Assembly: GCA_903930535.1 (NCBI GenBank)
Contig: CAIYYX010000246.1
Coordinates: forward strand, 29,850 to 93,849
Origin: an uncultured Sterolibacterium sp.
Lineage (GTDB): Bacteria > Pseudomonadota > Gammaproteobacteria > Burkholderiales > Rhodocyclaceae
Length of the DNA stretch: 64,000 nt
Direction of reading: 5' to 3'
The notes under the pieces are model-generated. The model searched no databases. It was not told where the DNA came from and worked only from the letters and a program-made list of their open reading frames with translations. Position numbers and translations under genes: made by a program. Positions 53,069-61,896 of the stretch are shown piece by piece. How positions within the stretch are numbered: the first letter of the stretch is position 1; each line of letters opens with the position of its first letter.

Positions 53069-55332
53069 AGCGTGACATCTTCCCCTCCGTCGCTGCCAAT
53101 CCTTCGCGTCGCCGCTTCTTCAAGCATGGTGGCGCACTGGCGGTCGCCTTCTCGCTGGCGCCCGAGTTGCTGGCGCAAGGAACCGTCAGCAAACCCCCGC
53201 CCCTGCCCGGCAGCCTGAACAACAACAGGCGTCTCGATGCCTGGCTGAAAATCGACCCCGCAGGCAAGGTCACGGTGTTCACCGGCAAGATCGAACTGGG
53301 TCAAGGCATCCTGACATCGCTCTCGCAAATCGTCGCCGACGAACTCGATGTGCCCATGACGCGTATCGTGATGATTTCCGGCGACACGACGCTGACCCCG
53401 GACGAAGGCGTGACCTCGGGCAGCCTGTCGATCGAATTCAGCGGCATCGCACTGCGCTACGCCTGCGCCGAAACGCGCAGCCTGCTGCTGGATACAGCGG
53501 CCGCAAAACTCGGCGCACCCGTGGCCTCGCTGTCGGTCAGCGAAGGCATCATCTCGACTGGCCAGGGAACAGGCAAGAGCATCAGCTACTGGGAGCTGAG
53601 TAAAGAGGTCTCTCTGGCGCACGAAGCGAGCGCCAAGGTGCAGCCCAAACCCGCAAGCTTGCACCGCGTCATCGGCCAGTCCGTGCCGCGCCGCGACATT
53701 CCGGGCAAGGTTACCGGCGGCCTCGCCTATGTCCAGGACATGCGCCTGCCCGGCATGGTGTTCGGCCGGGTGGTCAGACCCCCGGCGCCGCGTGCAAAAT
53801 TATTGTCCCTGGATCTCGCCGCCATACGCGCCATGCCGGGCGTGGTGGCCGTATTGCGCGACGGCAACTTCCTGGCCGTCGCCGCCGAGCGCGAGGAGCA
53901 GGCGATCAAGGCACGCACGGCCATGATGGAGGCGGCGCGCTGGGAATTGCCCAACGATCTGCCACCGACCGGAGCCGCCCTCTATGCCCACCTGAAAAGC
54001 GTCAAGTCACAAGACAGCGTGGTGAGCACCAAAACCAGCACCACCGCAGCCGCCGGCGTGAAAACCCTCAATGCGGAATACACCAAGCCCTTCATGGCGC
54101 ACGCCTCGATCGGCCCTTCCTGCGCCGTGGCGCAGTGGAACGGCAGCCAGATGCGCGTATGGACGCACAGTCAGGGCGTATTTCCGCTACGCACCGATCT
54201 CGTCAAGGTGCTCAAGCTGGCCGCGAAAGACATCCATGTGATGCACCGCGAAGGCTCGGGCTGCTACGGCCATAACGGCGCCGACGATGTGGCGTTGGAC
54301 GCTGCCCTGCTGGCCCGCGCGGTCAAGGACAGGCCGGTGAAACTGCAATGGATGCGCGAAGACGAATTCACCTGGGAGCCCTACGGCTCGGCCATGGTGG
54401 TGCAAATGCGCGCAGCGCTCGATGGCGAAGGCAAAATCGTAGACTGGCAGCATGATCTATACAGCCACACCCACAGCACCCGGCCGGGAGATACGGAAGG
54501 CTGCAACCTGCTCGCCAGCTGGCACATGGAATCGCCTCTGCCGCAAAGCCCCTCGCGCAACATACCGCAGCCATCGGGCGGCGGCGACCGCAACTCGGTG
54601 CCGCTCTATGTCTTCCCGCAGCAGAAGGTCGTAAACCACCTGCTGCCCGACATGCCCTTGCGCGTCTCTGCCCTGCGCACCCTTGGTGCTTACTGCAACG
54701 TATTTGCGGCCGAATCCTTCATGGATGAAATGGCATTGGCCGCCGGCGCCGATCCTGCCGAGTTCCGCCTGCGCCATCTCGCCGACCCGCGCGCCAAGGC
54801 TGTCATCGAGCGCGTTGCGGCCGATGCCGGCTGGAAACCTGGTGCTGCGGCATCGACCGCTAATGGCGTCAGCCGCGGCCGCGGCATCGCCTTCGCCAAG
54901 TACAAGAATCTTGCGGTCTATGTTGCCGTGATTGCCGACATCGAGGTGAATCGCGCCAGCGGTGTCGTCCATGTGTCGCACCTCTCTGTCGCAGCAGATG
55001 CCGGGCTGATCATCAATCCCAACGGCTTGACCAACCAGCTCGAAGGCGGCTGCATCCAGTCGACCAGCTGGACGCTGCGCGAAGCCATAGCCTTTGACAA
55101 GAGCCGGGTCACCACCCGCTCCTGGGCAGACTATCCGGCTCTGCGCTTTGCCGACGTGCCCGCGGTCAGCGTCTCGCTGATCAACCGTCCGACGGATAAA
55201 TCCCTGGGAGTCGGCGAGGGGACACAAGGCCCGACGGTTGCAGCCATCGCCAATGCCTTTGCCAACGCGACCGGAAAGAGACTGCGCGACATTCCGTTCA
55301 CGCCGGAAAAGGTCAAGGCCATTCTCGCCTGA
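53065..55332 (+). CDS. Molybdopterin-binding large subunit (IorB / isoquinoline oxidoreductase beta-like) with a Tat signal
   Basis: The internal ATG at 53065 overlaps the small-subunit stop (ATGA). MKRDIFPSVAANPSRRRFFKHGGALAVAF is a twin-arginine signal. 755 aa. Confidence 0.9.
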   Translation: MKRDIFPSVAANPSRRRFFKHGGALAVAFSLAPELLAQGTVSKPPPLPGSLNNNRRLDAWLKIDPAGKVTVFTGKIELGQGILTSLSQIVADELDVPMTRIVMISGDTTLTPDEGVTSGSLSIEFSGIALRYACAETRSLLLDTAAAKLGAPVASLSVSEGIISTGQGTGKSISYWELSKEVSLAHEASAKVQPKPASLHRVIGQSVPRRDIPGKVTGGLAYVQDMRLPGMVFGRVVRPPAPRAKLLSLDLAAIRAMPGVVAVLRDGNFLAVAAEREEQAIKARTAMMEAARWELPNDLPPTGAALYAHLKSVKSQDSVVSTKTSTTAAAGVKTLNAEYTKPFMAHASIGPSCAVAQWNGSQMRVWTHSQGVFPLRTDLVKVLKLAAKDIHVMHREGSGCYGHNGADDVALDAALLARAVKDRPVKLQWMREDEFTWEPYGSAMVVQMRAALDGEGKIVDWQHDLYSHTHSTRPGDTEGCNLLASWHMESPLPQSPSRNIPQPSGGGDRNSVPLYVFPQQKVVNHLLPDMPLRVSALRTLGAYCNVFAAESFMDEMALAAGADPAEFRLRHLADPRAKAVIERVAADAGWKPGAAASTANGVSRGRGIAFAKYKNLAVYVAVIADIEVNRASGVVHVSHLSVAADAGLIINPNGLTNQLEGGCIQSTSWTLREAIAFDKSRVTTRSWADYPALRFADVPAVSVSLINRPTDKSLGVGEGTQGPTVAAIANAFANATGKRLRDIPFTPEKVKAILA

Positions 55333-55342
55333 GCCAACTACC

Positions 55343-55378
55343 GCCAGCGCCCGATGCGCGGGCGCTGGCGCTGTTTTC
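55343..55378 (+). terminator. Rho-independent terminator after the hydroxylase operon
   Basis: gccagcgcccg-atgcg-cgggcgctggc (11-bp stem) followed by gctgttttc. Confidence 0.7.
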
Positions 55379-55397
55379 AGATCCCAGACGCGGTTAA

Positions 55398-56969
55398 ATG
55401 AATCTCCGTTTCGATAACCACTTCGTAGGAAAGCTACCCGCTGATCAGGAAACCGGGCCGCGCCAGCGGCAGGTGCATGGAGCGCTTTATTCGCGCGTCG
55501 AGCCGACGCCTGTGGCGGCACCGCGACTGGTCGCGCACTCGCTCGAGGTAGCGTCCCTGCTGGGCATAAGCGAAACGGATGTCGCCTCGCCGGAGTTTGC
55601 CCGGGTGTTTGCAGGCAACGAACTTCTGCCAGGGATGCAGCCCTTCGCCGCCAACTACGGCGGCCACCAGTTCGGCCATTGGGCCGGGCAGCTCGGCGAT
55701 GGCCGGGCGATCTCTCTTGGCGAAAGCATCAACGCGAAGGGAGAGCGCTGGGAACTGCAATTAAAGGGCGCAGGACCGACGCCCTATTCGCGCAGCGCCG
55801 ACGGCCGCGCCGTGTTGCGCTCATCCGTCCGCGAATTTCTCTGCAGCGAGGCGATGCATCATCTGGGCGTACCGACCACGCGCGCCCTTTGCCTCATGGC
55901 CACTGGCGATGAGGTGGTGCGCGACATGTTTTACGACGGCCATCCCAGGCGAGAGCCGGGCGCCATCGTCTGCCGGGTGGCGCCCTCCTTCATCCGCTTC
56001 GGCAACTTCGAACTGCCCGCCTCGCGCGGCGATGTGGGCTTGCTTTCGCAACTGGTGGATTTCACGATTGCCCGCGATTTCCCCGAACTCAAGCCAGGCA
56101 AAAGCGCGGGAGACACAGAGGCGCTGCGCGCCGAGTGGTTCGCTCAGGTGTGCAGCCGCACCGCGAAAATGGTCGCGCACTGGATGCGCGTGGGCTTCGT
56201 CCATGGCGTGATGAACACCGACAATCTGTCCATCCTCGGCCTGACCATTGACTACGGGCCCTATGGCTGGATTGACGACTTCGACCCCGATTGGACGCCC
56301 AACACGACTGACGCCGGGGGGCGTCGCTACCGCTTCGGCAGCCAGCCCGATATCGCCTACTGGAACCTCACCAGGTTGGCGGGAGCCCTGGCCCCCGTCT
56401 TCGCTTCCATTGATGCGCTGCATGCCGGGCTGGAACACTACTGGCATGCCTTCGCCGCCGCCGAACACAGCAACATCGCGGCCAAGCTTGGCTTGGCGGA
56501 ATGTCGCGAAGAGGATGTCTTGCGCATGGAAGCGCTCTACGCCCTGCTGCAGGCGGCCGAGGTCGACATGACCTTGTTCTTTCGGAGTCTGTCCGAGGTA
56601 GATGCCGATCATCCCAACCTGACGCCGCTTGACTGCGCCTTCTATGATATCGAGAAGCGGCGCCAGGCCGAGCCTGGGCTTGTCAGTTGGCTTACGGACC
56701 ATGGTGCGCGCGTGAAGCAGGACGGATTGCCCTTTGAAGTGCGGCAGAAAATAATGCATGCGGCCAACCCGCGCTACGTGCTGCGCAACTATCTGGCGCA
56801 GGAGGCGATCGATATGGCCGAAGCGGGAGACGATGCGGGCATCCATGATTTGCTCGAAGTCCTGCGCCGCCCCTACGACGACCAGGCCGGGCGTGAGCGC
56901 TTTTGCCAGCGCCGGCCCGATTGGGCGCGCAACCGGGCCGGATGTTCGATGCTGTCCTGCAGTTCCTGA
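55398..56969 (+). CDS. selO: Protein adenylyltransferase SelO/YdiU
   Basis: ...[29 protein letters not shown]...[32 protein letters not shown]...HGVMNTDN.., ending ...MLSCSS. 523 aa. Confidence 0.9.
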   Translation: MNLRFDNHFVGKLPADQETGPRQRQVHGALYSRVEPTPVAAPRLVAHSLEVASLLGISETDVASPEFARVFAGNELLPGMQPFAANYGGHQFGHWAGQLGDGRAISLGESINAKGERWELQLKGAGPTPYSRSADGRAVLRSSVREFLCSEAMHHLGVPTTRALCLMATGDEVVRDMFYDGHPRREPGAIVCRVAPSFIRFGNFELPASRGDVGLLSQLVDFTIARDFPELKPGKSAGDTEALRAEWFAQVCSRTAKMVAHWMRVGFVHGVMNTDNLSILGLTIDYGPYGWIDDFDPDWTPNTTDAGGRRYRFGSQPDIAYWNLTRLAGALAPVFASIDALHAGLEHYWHAFAAAEHSNIAAKLGLAECREEDVLRMEALYALLQAAEVDMTLFFRSLSEVDADHPNLTPLDCAFYDIEKRRQAEPGLVSWLTDHGARVKQDGLPFEVRQKIMHAANPRYVLRNYLAQEAIDMAEAGDDAGIHDLLEVLRRPYDDQAGRERFCQRRPDWARNRAGCSMLSCSS

Positions 56970-57063
56970 AGCGCAAAAGTAGCGGAATGTGCCTAGCTCC
57001 CTACTTAACGTGTAGAGTAGGCGCTTGGCATATCCACAAGATCATCCAGTCCGGGAGTTATCC

Positions 57064-58689
57064 ATGTTCAAGCACCTGAAAATATCAACGCGGTTGGATC
57101 TCTTGGCTGTGGTCGTGATGGTCTTCACCCTGATGCTCGCCACCCTGGGATACACCATGGTGTCGCGCATGTCGACAGCCATGGGAGAACTCTACAATAA
57201 GGGCCTGGTCGGCAGCAAACTGCTCTCCGACGGCAACAATGCCGTATGGGAACTTCGCTTCGGCATCGCCAACTACACTCTGGCCAATCCCGAGGCGAGG
57301 AAAAAGATTCTGGAAGGACGTCCTGCGCTCTACGGGATTCTCGACGACTCCCTGAGGAAGTATTCGGTACTCGATTTGCCGCAAGGGCAGGCTTCGGCCT
57401 TAAAAGGCCTGCTCGATGCCTATGGGCAGTACAAGAGCGGCGCACCGCACTGGTTCGAACTCATAGATGCCGAAAAGATGCAGGAAGCGGCAGAATACCG
57501 GGCAAAGGTGACCAATGTCGCCGGGGGCACCATGGTGAAGCAAGTAAAGGCGCTGCTGGATGACCAACTGAAAATTAACGAGCAATTGAAGAATGACGCG
57601 TTTGCGACCGCCGACCAGGCGCACATGATGCTCTTGATCATGGGGGGACTGATCTTCCTCATCACGACCGGCCTGGTATTTTTCCTCGCGCGATCGATTA
57701 CCCGTCCCTTGAGCAAGATGCAAAAGGCGATTGAGGAAATTGAGAAAAATGGCGACTTCACCCGGCGCATCGAAATCGACAGCCAGGACGAGGTTGGCAG
57801 AACCGCCAAGTCTTTCAACGATCTGATAGGCAGTTTGCAGGCCACATTCAGCCAGGTGCTTGGCAGTCTGGTCAAGGTATCCGAGGCAGCCCGAGATTTG
57901 TCGATATCCTCGAACCAGGTCGCAGAAAGAACGGCGCAACAAAGCGAGGACACCGCCGCGATGGCGGCGACAGTGGAACAAGTGACCGTCAGCATCAATC
58001 ATGTTTCAAGAAACGCCATCGACGCTCTGGATATTTCCAGGAAATCCGGAGATCTCTCCACTCAGGGCGGCAATGTCATCCAGGACGCGGGCAGGGAAAT
58101 GATGCAAATAGCCGAAACCGTTCGCCAGACTTCCGCCGCCATCGAGGACTTGGGACAGCAGTCAAACCAGATTTCCTCCGTCGTTCAGGTGATCAAGGAG
58201 GTCGCCGACCAGACCAACCTGCTCGCCCTGAATGCAGCGATCGAAGCAGCCCGCGCCGGTGAACAAGGGCGCGGCTTTGCGGTGGTGGCCGACGAGGTGC
58301 GCAAACTGGCCGAGCGCACCAGCAAGGCGACCGAGGAAATCAGCCACATGATAGGCGCCATTCAGGCCAGTGCCCACACAGCGGTGTCCAGCATGAACGA
58401 TGCCGTGAGCAAGGTTGGCGACGGCGTTACCCTGGCCGAGCAGGCCGGTGATGCGATCAACCATATCAAGGCCGGAGCCAGCCAGGTCATCGACATGGTA
58501 AACAGCATTTCCTCCTCGCTCATGGAGCAAAGCAGCGCCAGCAACGACATCGCGGGTCACGTTGAAAAGGTGGCGCAGGCGACCGAGGAGAACAGCGCAG
58601 CAGCGGCCCAGACCGCTGCCGCCGCCGGTATCCTTGAAGGACTGGCCGACACCATGCGCGTAGCGGTCGGAAAATTCAGGTTTCAGTAG
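57064..58689 (+). CDS. Methyl-accepting chemotaxis protein (4-helix-bundle sensor, HAMP, MA domain)
   Basis: ATG at 57064 after GGGAG. Two TM segments, a HAMP domain, and the conserved signalling hairpin [44 protein letters not shown]. Confidence 0.9.
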   Translation: MFKHLKISTRLDLLAVVVMVFTLMLATLGYTMVSRMSTAMGELYNKGLVGSKLLSDGNNAVWELRFGIANYTLANPEARKKILEGRPALYGILDDSLRKYSVLDLPQGQASALKGLLDAYGQYKSGAPHWFELIDAEKMQEAAEYRAKVTNVAGGTMVKQVKALLDDQLKINEQLKNDAFATADQAHMMLLIMGGLIFLITTGLVFFLARSITRPLSKMQKAIEEIEKNGDFTRRIEIDSQDEVGRTAKSFNDLIGSLQATFSQVLGSLVKVSEAARDLSISSNQVAERTAQQSEDTAAMAATVEQVTVSINHVSRNAIDALDISRKSGDLSTQGGNVIQDAGREMMQIAETVRQTSAAIEDLGQQSNQISSVVQVIKEVADQTNLLALNAAIEAARAGEQGRGFAVVADEVRKLAERTSKATEEISHMIGAIQASAHTAVSSMNDAVSKVGDGVTLAEQAGDAINHIKAGASQVIDMVNSISSSLMEQSSASNDIAGHVEKVAQATEENSAAAAQTAAAAGILEGLADTMRVAVGKFRFQ

Positions 58690-58803
58690 GAGCGGCGCAG
58701 ACGCGGTCGCGGCCTCGCTATTGGAGAGAAGCGAGCCGATCCAGAAGAAAGAGGAAGCGGGCAGTCCATGGCGAACCAGGCTAGAGCCTGTAAAATGATT
58801 GCC

Positions 58804-61389
58804 ATGAAACCAACCGAATGCAAGACCCCTATCCTGCTTGAGAATTACACGCCGCCCGCCTACCTGGTGGAGAGCGTGCACCTGGATGTGGCTATTCATG
58901 CCGAGCACACCCTGGTCACCGCCACCCTCGGTTGCAGCCGCAACCCTGCAACGCCAGGCGGTCAGGCCCTGGTCCTCGACGGCGCGGACCTGGAAACCCT
59001 CTCGGTGAGTCTGGATGGGAGGCGGCTCTCCCCTGAGGAGTACAGCCTGAGCGCCACTTCGCTCACCCTGTCCAGCCTGCCCGAAGCCTTTGTTCTGGAG
59101 ACACGGGTGAAAATCCACCCGCACAGAAACACCGAACTCTCCGGCCTGTACTGCAGCCGCGACGGTTACTTCACCCAGTGCGAGGCACAGGGCTTCCGCC
59201 GCATCACCTGGTTTGCCGACCGGCCGGACGTCATGAGTCGCTACACGGTCACCCTGCACGCCGACAAGACACGTTTCCCCATCCTGCTTGCCAACGGCAA
59301 CCCGGTGTCCAGCGGCGACGAACCCAATGGCCGCCACTGCGCCACCTGGGAAGATCCCTTCAGGAAACCCTGCTACCTCTTCGCCCTGGTGGCAGGCCGA
59401 CTCGACGTTCTTGAGGACAGCTTCCGCACTGCCTCCGGCCGCAGGGTGCAACTCGCCATCTACGTCGAACCGGGCAAGCTCGACCAGTGTGCTCACGCCA
59501 TGGCGGCGCTCATGAAAGCCATGCGCTGGGACGAGGAGACCTTCGGCCTGGAGTGCGACCTCGACCACTACATGATCGTCGCGGTGGGCGACTTCAACAT
59601 GGGGGCGATGGAGAACAAGGGTCTGAACATCTTCAACACCAAGTATGTCCTGGCCCGGCCCGACATCGCCACCGACAGCGACTTCATCAACATCGACCGG
59701 GTGGTGGCGCACGAGTATTTCCACAACTGGACGGGCAACCGCGTGACCTGCCGCGACTGGTTCCAACTCTCCCTGAAGGAAGGTCTCACCGTCTTCCGCG
59801 ATCAGGAATTTGGCGCCGACATGCATCATCGCGCCACCGCCCGCATCCAGGAAGTGCGCGGCCTGCGCGCCGCCCAGTTCCCCGAGGACGCCGGCCCCAT
59901 GGCGCACCCGGTGCGGCCCGAGAGCTATCTGGAAATCAATAATTTCTACACCGCCACGGTCTACCAAAAAGGGGCCGAGGTGGTGCGCATGATCCACACC
60001 CTGATCGGAGCGGACGCCTTCCGTAGCGGCATGGATCTCTACTTTGCCCGCCACGACGGCCAGGCCGTCACCTGCGAAGACTTCGTCGCCGCCATGGCGG
60101 ATGCCTCAGGCTTCGACTTCGCGCCCTTCATGACCTGGTATAAACAGGCAGGCACGCCAAGGCTCGCGAGTCACGGCGAATACGATGGACTTAACCGCCG
60201 CTACACCCTGACGCTGAGGCAGGCCTCTTCCGCGGCCTACCTGATTCCCGTCGCCCTGGGACTCGTTGGGCAGGACGGCAGGGACACGGCTCTCGATGCC
60301 GAAGGAAACACCACGGCCATTCTCCAGTTTTCCCAACCTGTTCAAAGTTTCGTCTTCGAGAACATTCCCTCGGCCCCCGTGCCCTCCCTGCTGCGGAATT
60401 TTTCCGCCCCGGTGGTTCTCGACCATGAGTTTGCTGACGCCGATCTTGCCCACCTCCTGGCCCATGACAGCGATGCCTTCAATCGTTGGGAGGCCGGCCA
60501 GAGGCTTTTTTCCCGCCTGATCCTCAAAGCCGCCCAGGAGCCGAACCGCGAATGGCCATCTAGCGTCCTCGAGGCCGTGCGTGAGGTGCTAAAGCACGGC
60601 GACCCGGCCTTCATCAGTGAGGTTCTGACGCTTCCCTTCGAGGCCACCCTCGCCGAAGAGATGGCCGTCGTCGATCCCGAGGCCCTGCACCTGGCAAGAA
60701 CAAGTCTCGCCCGATTCATAGCCGGCGCGCTGGAAGATGAGTTTTCCCGCCTGTATGTCACCCTGGCCAATAAGGAAGCCTATCGCCCCGAGCCGGCGGA
60801 AATCGGCCGGCGGCGTCTCTCCAACCTCTGCCTGGGCTACCTCAACGAACTGGACTCCCCGGCCCACAGGACGACCGCACGCGTTCAATTCACCCGCGCC
60901 GACAACATGACCGACCAGTTCGCGGCGCTCGCCGTGCTCGCCAACGCAAGCGGCGGCGAAGGCGAGGCGGCCTTGGCCGAGTTCTACGCGCGCTGGCAAG
61001 ACGAAGCCCTGGTGGTGGACAAATGGCTCGCCGTCCAGGCCGGCAGCCGCCTGCCGGGCACCCTGAGCAGAGTGGAAATGCTCACCGAACATCCCGCCTT
61101 CGACCTCAGGAACCCAAACAAGGTCTATGCCTTGCTGCGCACTTTCGGCGCCAACCACCGCCATTTCCACGCCGGCGACGGCAGCGGCTACCGCTTCATG
61201 GCAAGACAAACCGCCATCCTCGACCCCATCAATCCCCAGGTGGCTTCAAGGCTGGCCCGCTCTTTCGACCGCTGGAAAAAATTCGACGCTGTCCGTCAAG
61301 GCCATGCCCGCGCCGCGCTGGAAGGTCTGATAGGGCAAGCCGGGCTTTCCGGAAATGTGTATGAGGTGGTGGAGAAGGCGCTCGATTGA
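58804..61389 (+). CDS. pepN: Aminopeptidase N (M1 family)
   Basis: GAMEN and HEYFHNWTGNRVT...LSLKEGLT zinc motifs. The start at 58804 (MKPTECKTPILLENYTPPAY) matches the E. coli PepN N-terminal length. The upstream ATG at 58768 is also possible. Confidence 0.93.
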   Translation: MKPTECKTPILLENYTPPAYLVESVHLDVAIHAEHTLVTATLGCSRNPATPGGQALVLDGADLETLSVSLDGRRLSPEEYSLSATSLTLSSLPEAFVLETRVKIHPHRNTELSGLYCSRDGYFTQCEAQGFRRITWFADRPDVMSRYTVTLHADKTRFPILLANGNPVSSGDEPNGRHCATWEDPFRKPCYLFALVAGRLDVLEDSFRTASGRRVQLAIYVEPGKLDQCAHAMAALMKAMRWDEETFGLECDLDHYMIVAVGDFNMGAMENKGLNIFNTKYVLARPDIATDSDFINIDRVVAHEYFHNWTGNRVTCRDWFQLSLKEGLTVFRDQEFGADMHHRATARIQEVRGLRAAQFPEDAGPMAHPVRPESYLEINNFYTATVYQKGAEVVRMIHTLIGADAFRSGMDLYFARHDGQAVTCEDFVAAMADASGFDFAPFMTWYKQAGTPRLASHGEYDGLNRRYTLTLRQASSAAYLIPVALGLVGQDGRDTALDAEGNTTAILQFSQPVQSFVFENIPSAPVPSLLRNFSAPVVLDHEFADADLAHLLAHDSDAFNRWEAGQRLFSRLILKAAQEPNREWPSSVLEAVREVLKHGDPAFISEVLTLPFEATLAEEMAVVDPEALHLARTSLARFIAGALEDEFSRLYVTLANKEAYRPEPAEIGRRRLSNLCLGYLNELDSPAHRTTARVQFTRADNMTDQFAALAVLANASGGEGEAALAEFYARWQDEALVVDKWLAVQAGSRLPGTLSRVEMLTEHPAFDLRNPNKVYALLRTFGANHRHFHAGDGSGYRFMARQTAILDPINPQVASRLARSFDRWKKFDAVRQGHARAALEGLIGQAGLSGNVYEVVEKALD

Positions 61390-61455
61390 AGTCGCCTGAG
61401 CTAGAATAGCCCGCAATAGACGCAGACCCGGGGCAGGCTTTGCAGGCATGAACTC

Positions 61456-61896
61456 ATGACAGCATCCCAGACGGACGAACTGGAACTCGCCAATGCCGAG
61501 GTGCGCGACCTGAAGCGCGCCATCGCCGCCCTGCGCGACGAGCTCGAGCGCGCCAGGGACGAGCGCGAACGCGCCGTACAGCAAGCTTTCGCGACCGGCC
61601 AGGGGGAAATCCAGCAACTCAAGGACACCATTGCCACACTCAGAAACGAGCTTGAGAAATCGCGCCTGGAAAAAGACAATGCCGTGAGCACGGCGATTGC
61701 CACGGCCCAGGACGAAATCAGCCAGCTGCGCGCCACGGCGGGTTCGCTTCGGGAAGCGCTGGAGAGCGCGCACGTCGACCACGGCAATGCCCTCGTGCGC
61801 AAAGAGAAGCTGCATGCAGAAGAGAAGACTGAGTTTCACGACACCGTTCGCGCGCTGCGCGAACAGCTCGAGGCCCAGAACAGGAAGCCGCTTTGA
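61456..61896 (+). CDS. Coiled-coil protein with three 36-residue tandem repeats
   Basis: 146 aa. The repeats are EVRDLKRAIAALRDELERARDERERAVQQAFATGQG, EIQQLKDTIATLRNELEKSRLEKDNAVSTAIATAQD and EISQLRATAGSLREALESAHVDHGNALVRKEKLHAE. The stop overlaps the next ATG (TGATG). Confidence 0.6.
   Translation: MTASQTDELELANAEVRDLKRAIAALRDELERARDERERAVQQAFATGQGEIQQLKDTIATLRNELEKSRLEKDNAVSTAIATAQDEISQLRATAGSLREALESAHVDHGNALVRKEKLHAEEKTEFHDTVRALREQLEAQNRKPL

Noticed and set aside
58162-60054. 630-aa minus-strand ORF spanning the MCP 3' end, the intergenic gap and the pepN 5' half
   Set aside because: The MCP and pepN genes happen to share coordinate phase (57064 and 58768 are both 1 mod 3), so one codon-aligned shadow runs through both. 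The intergenic part has no independent coding signal.
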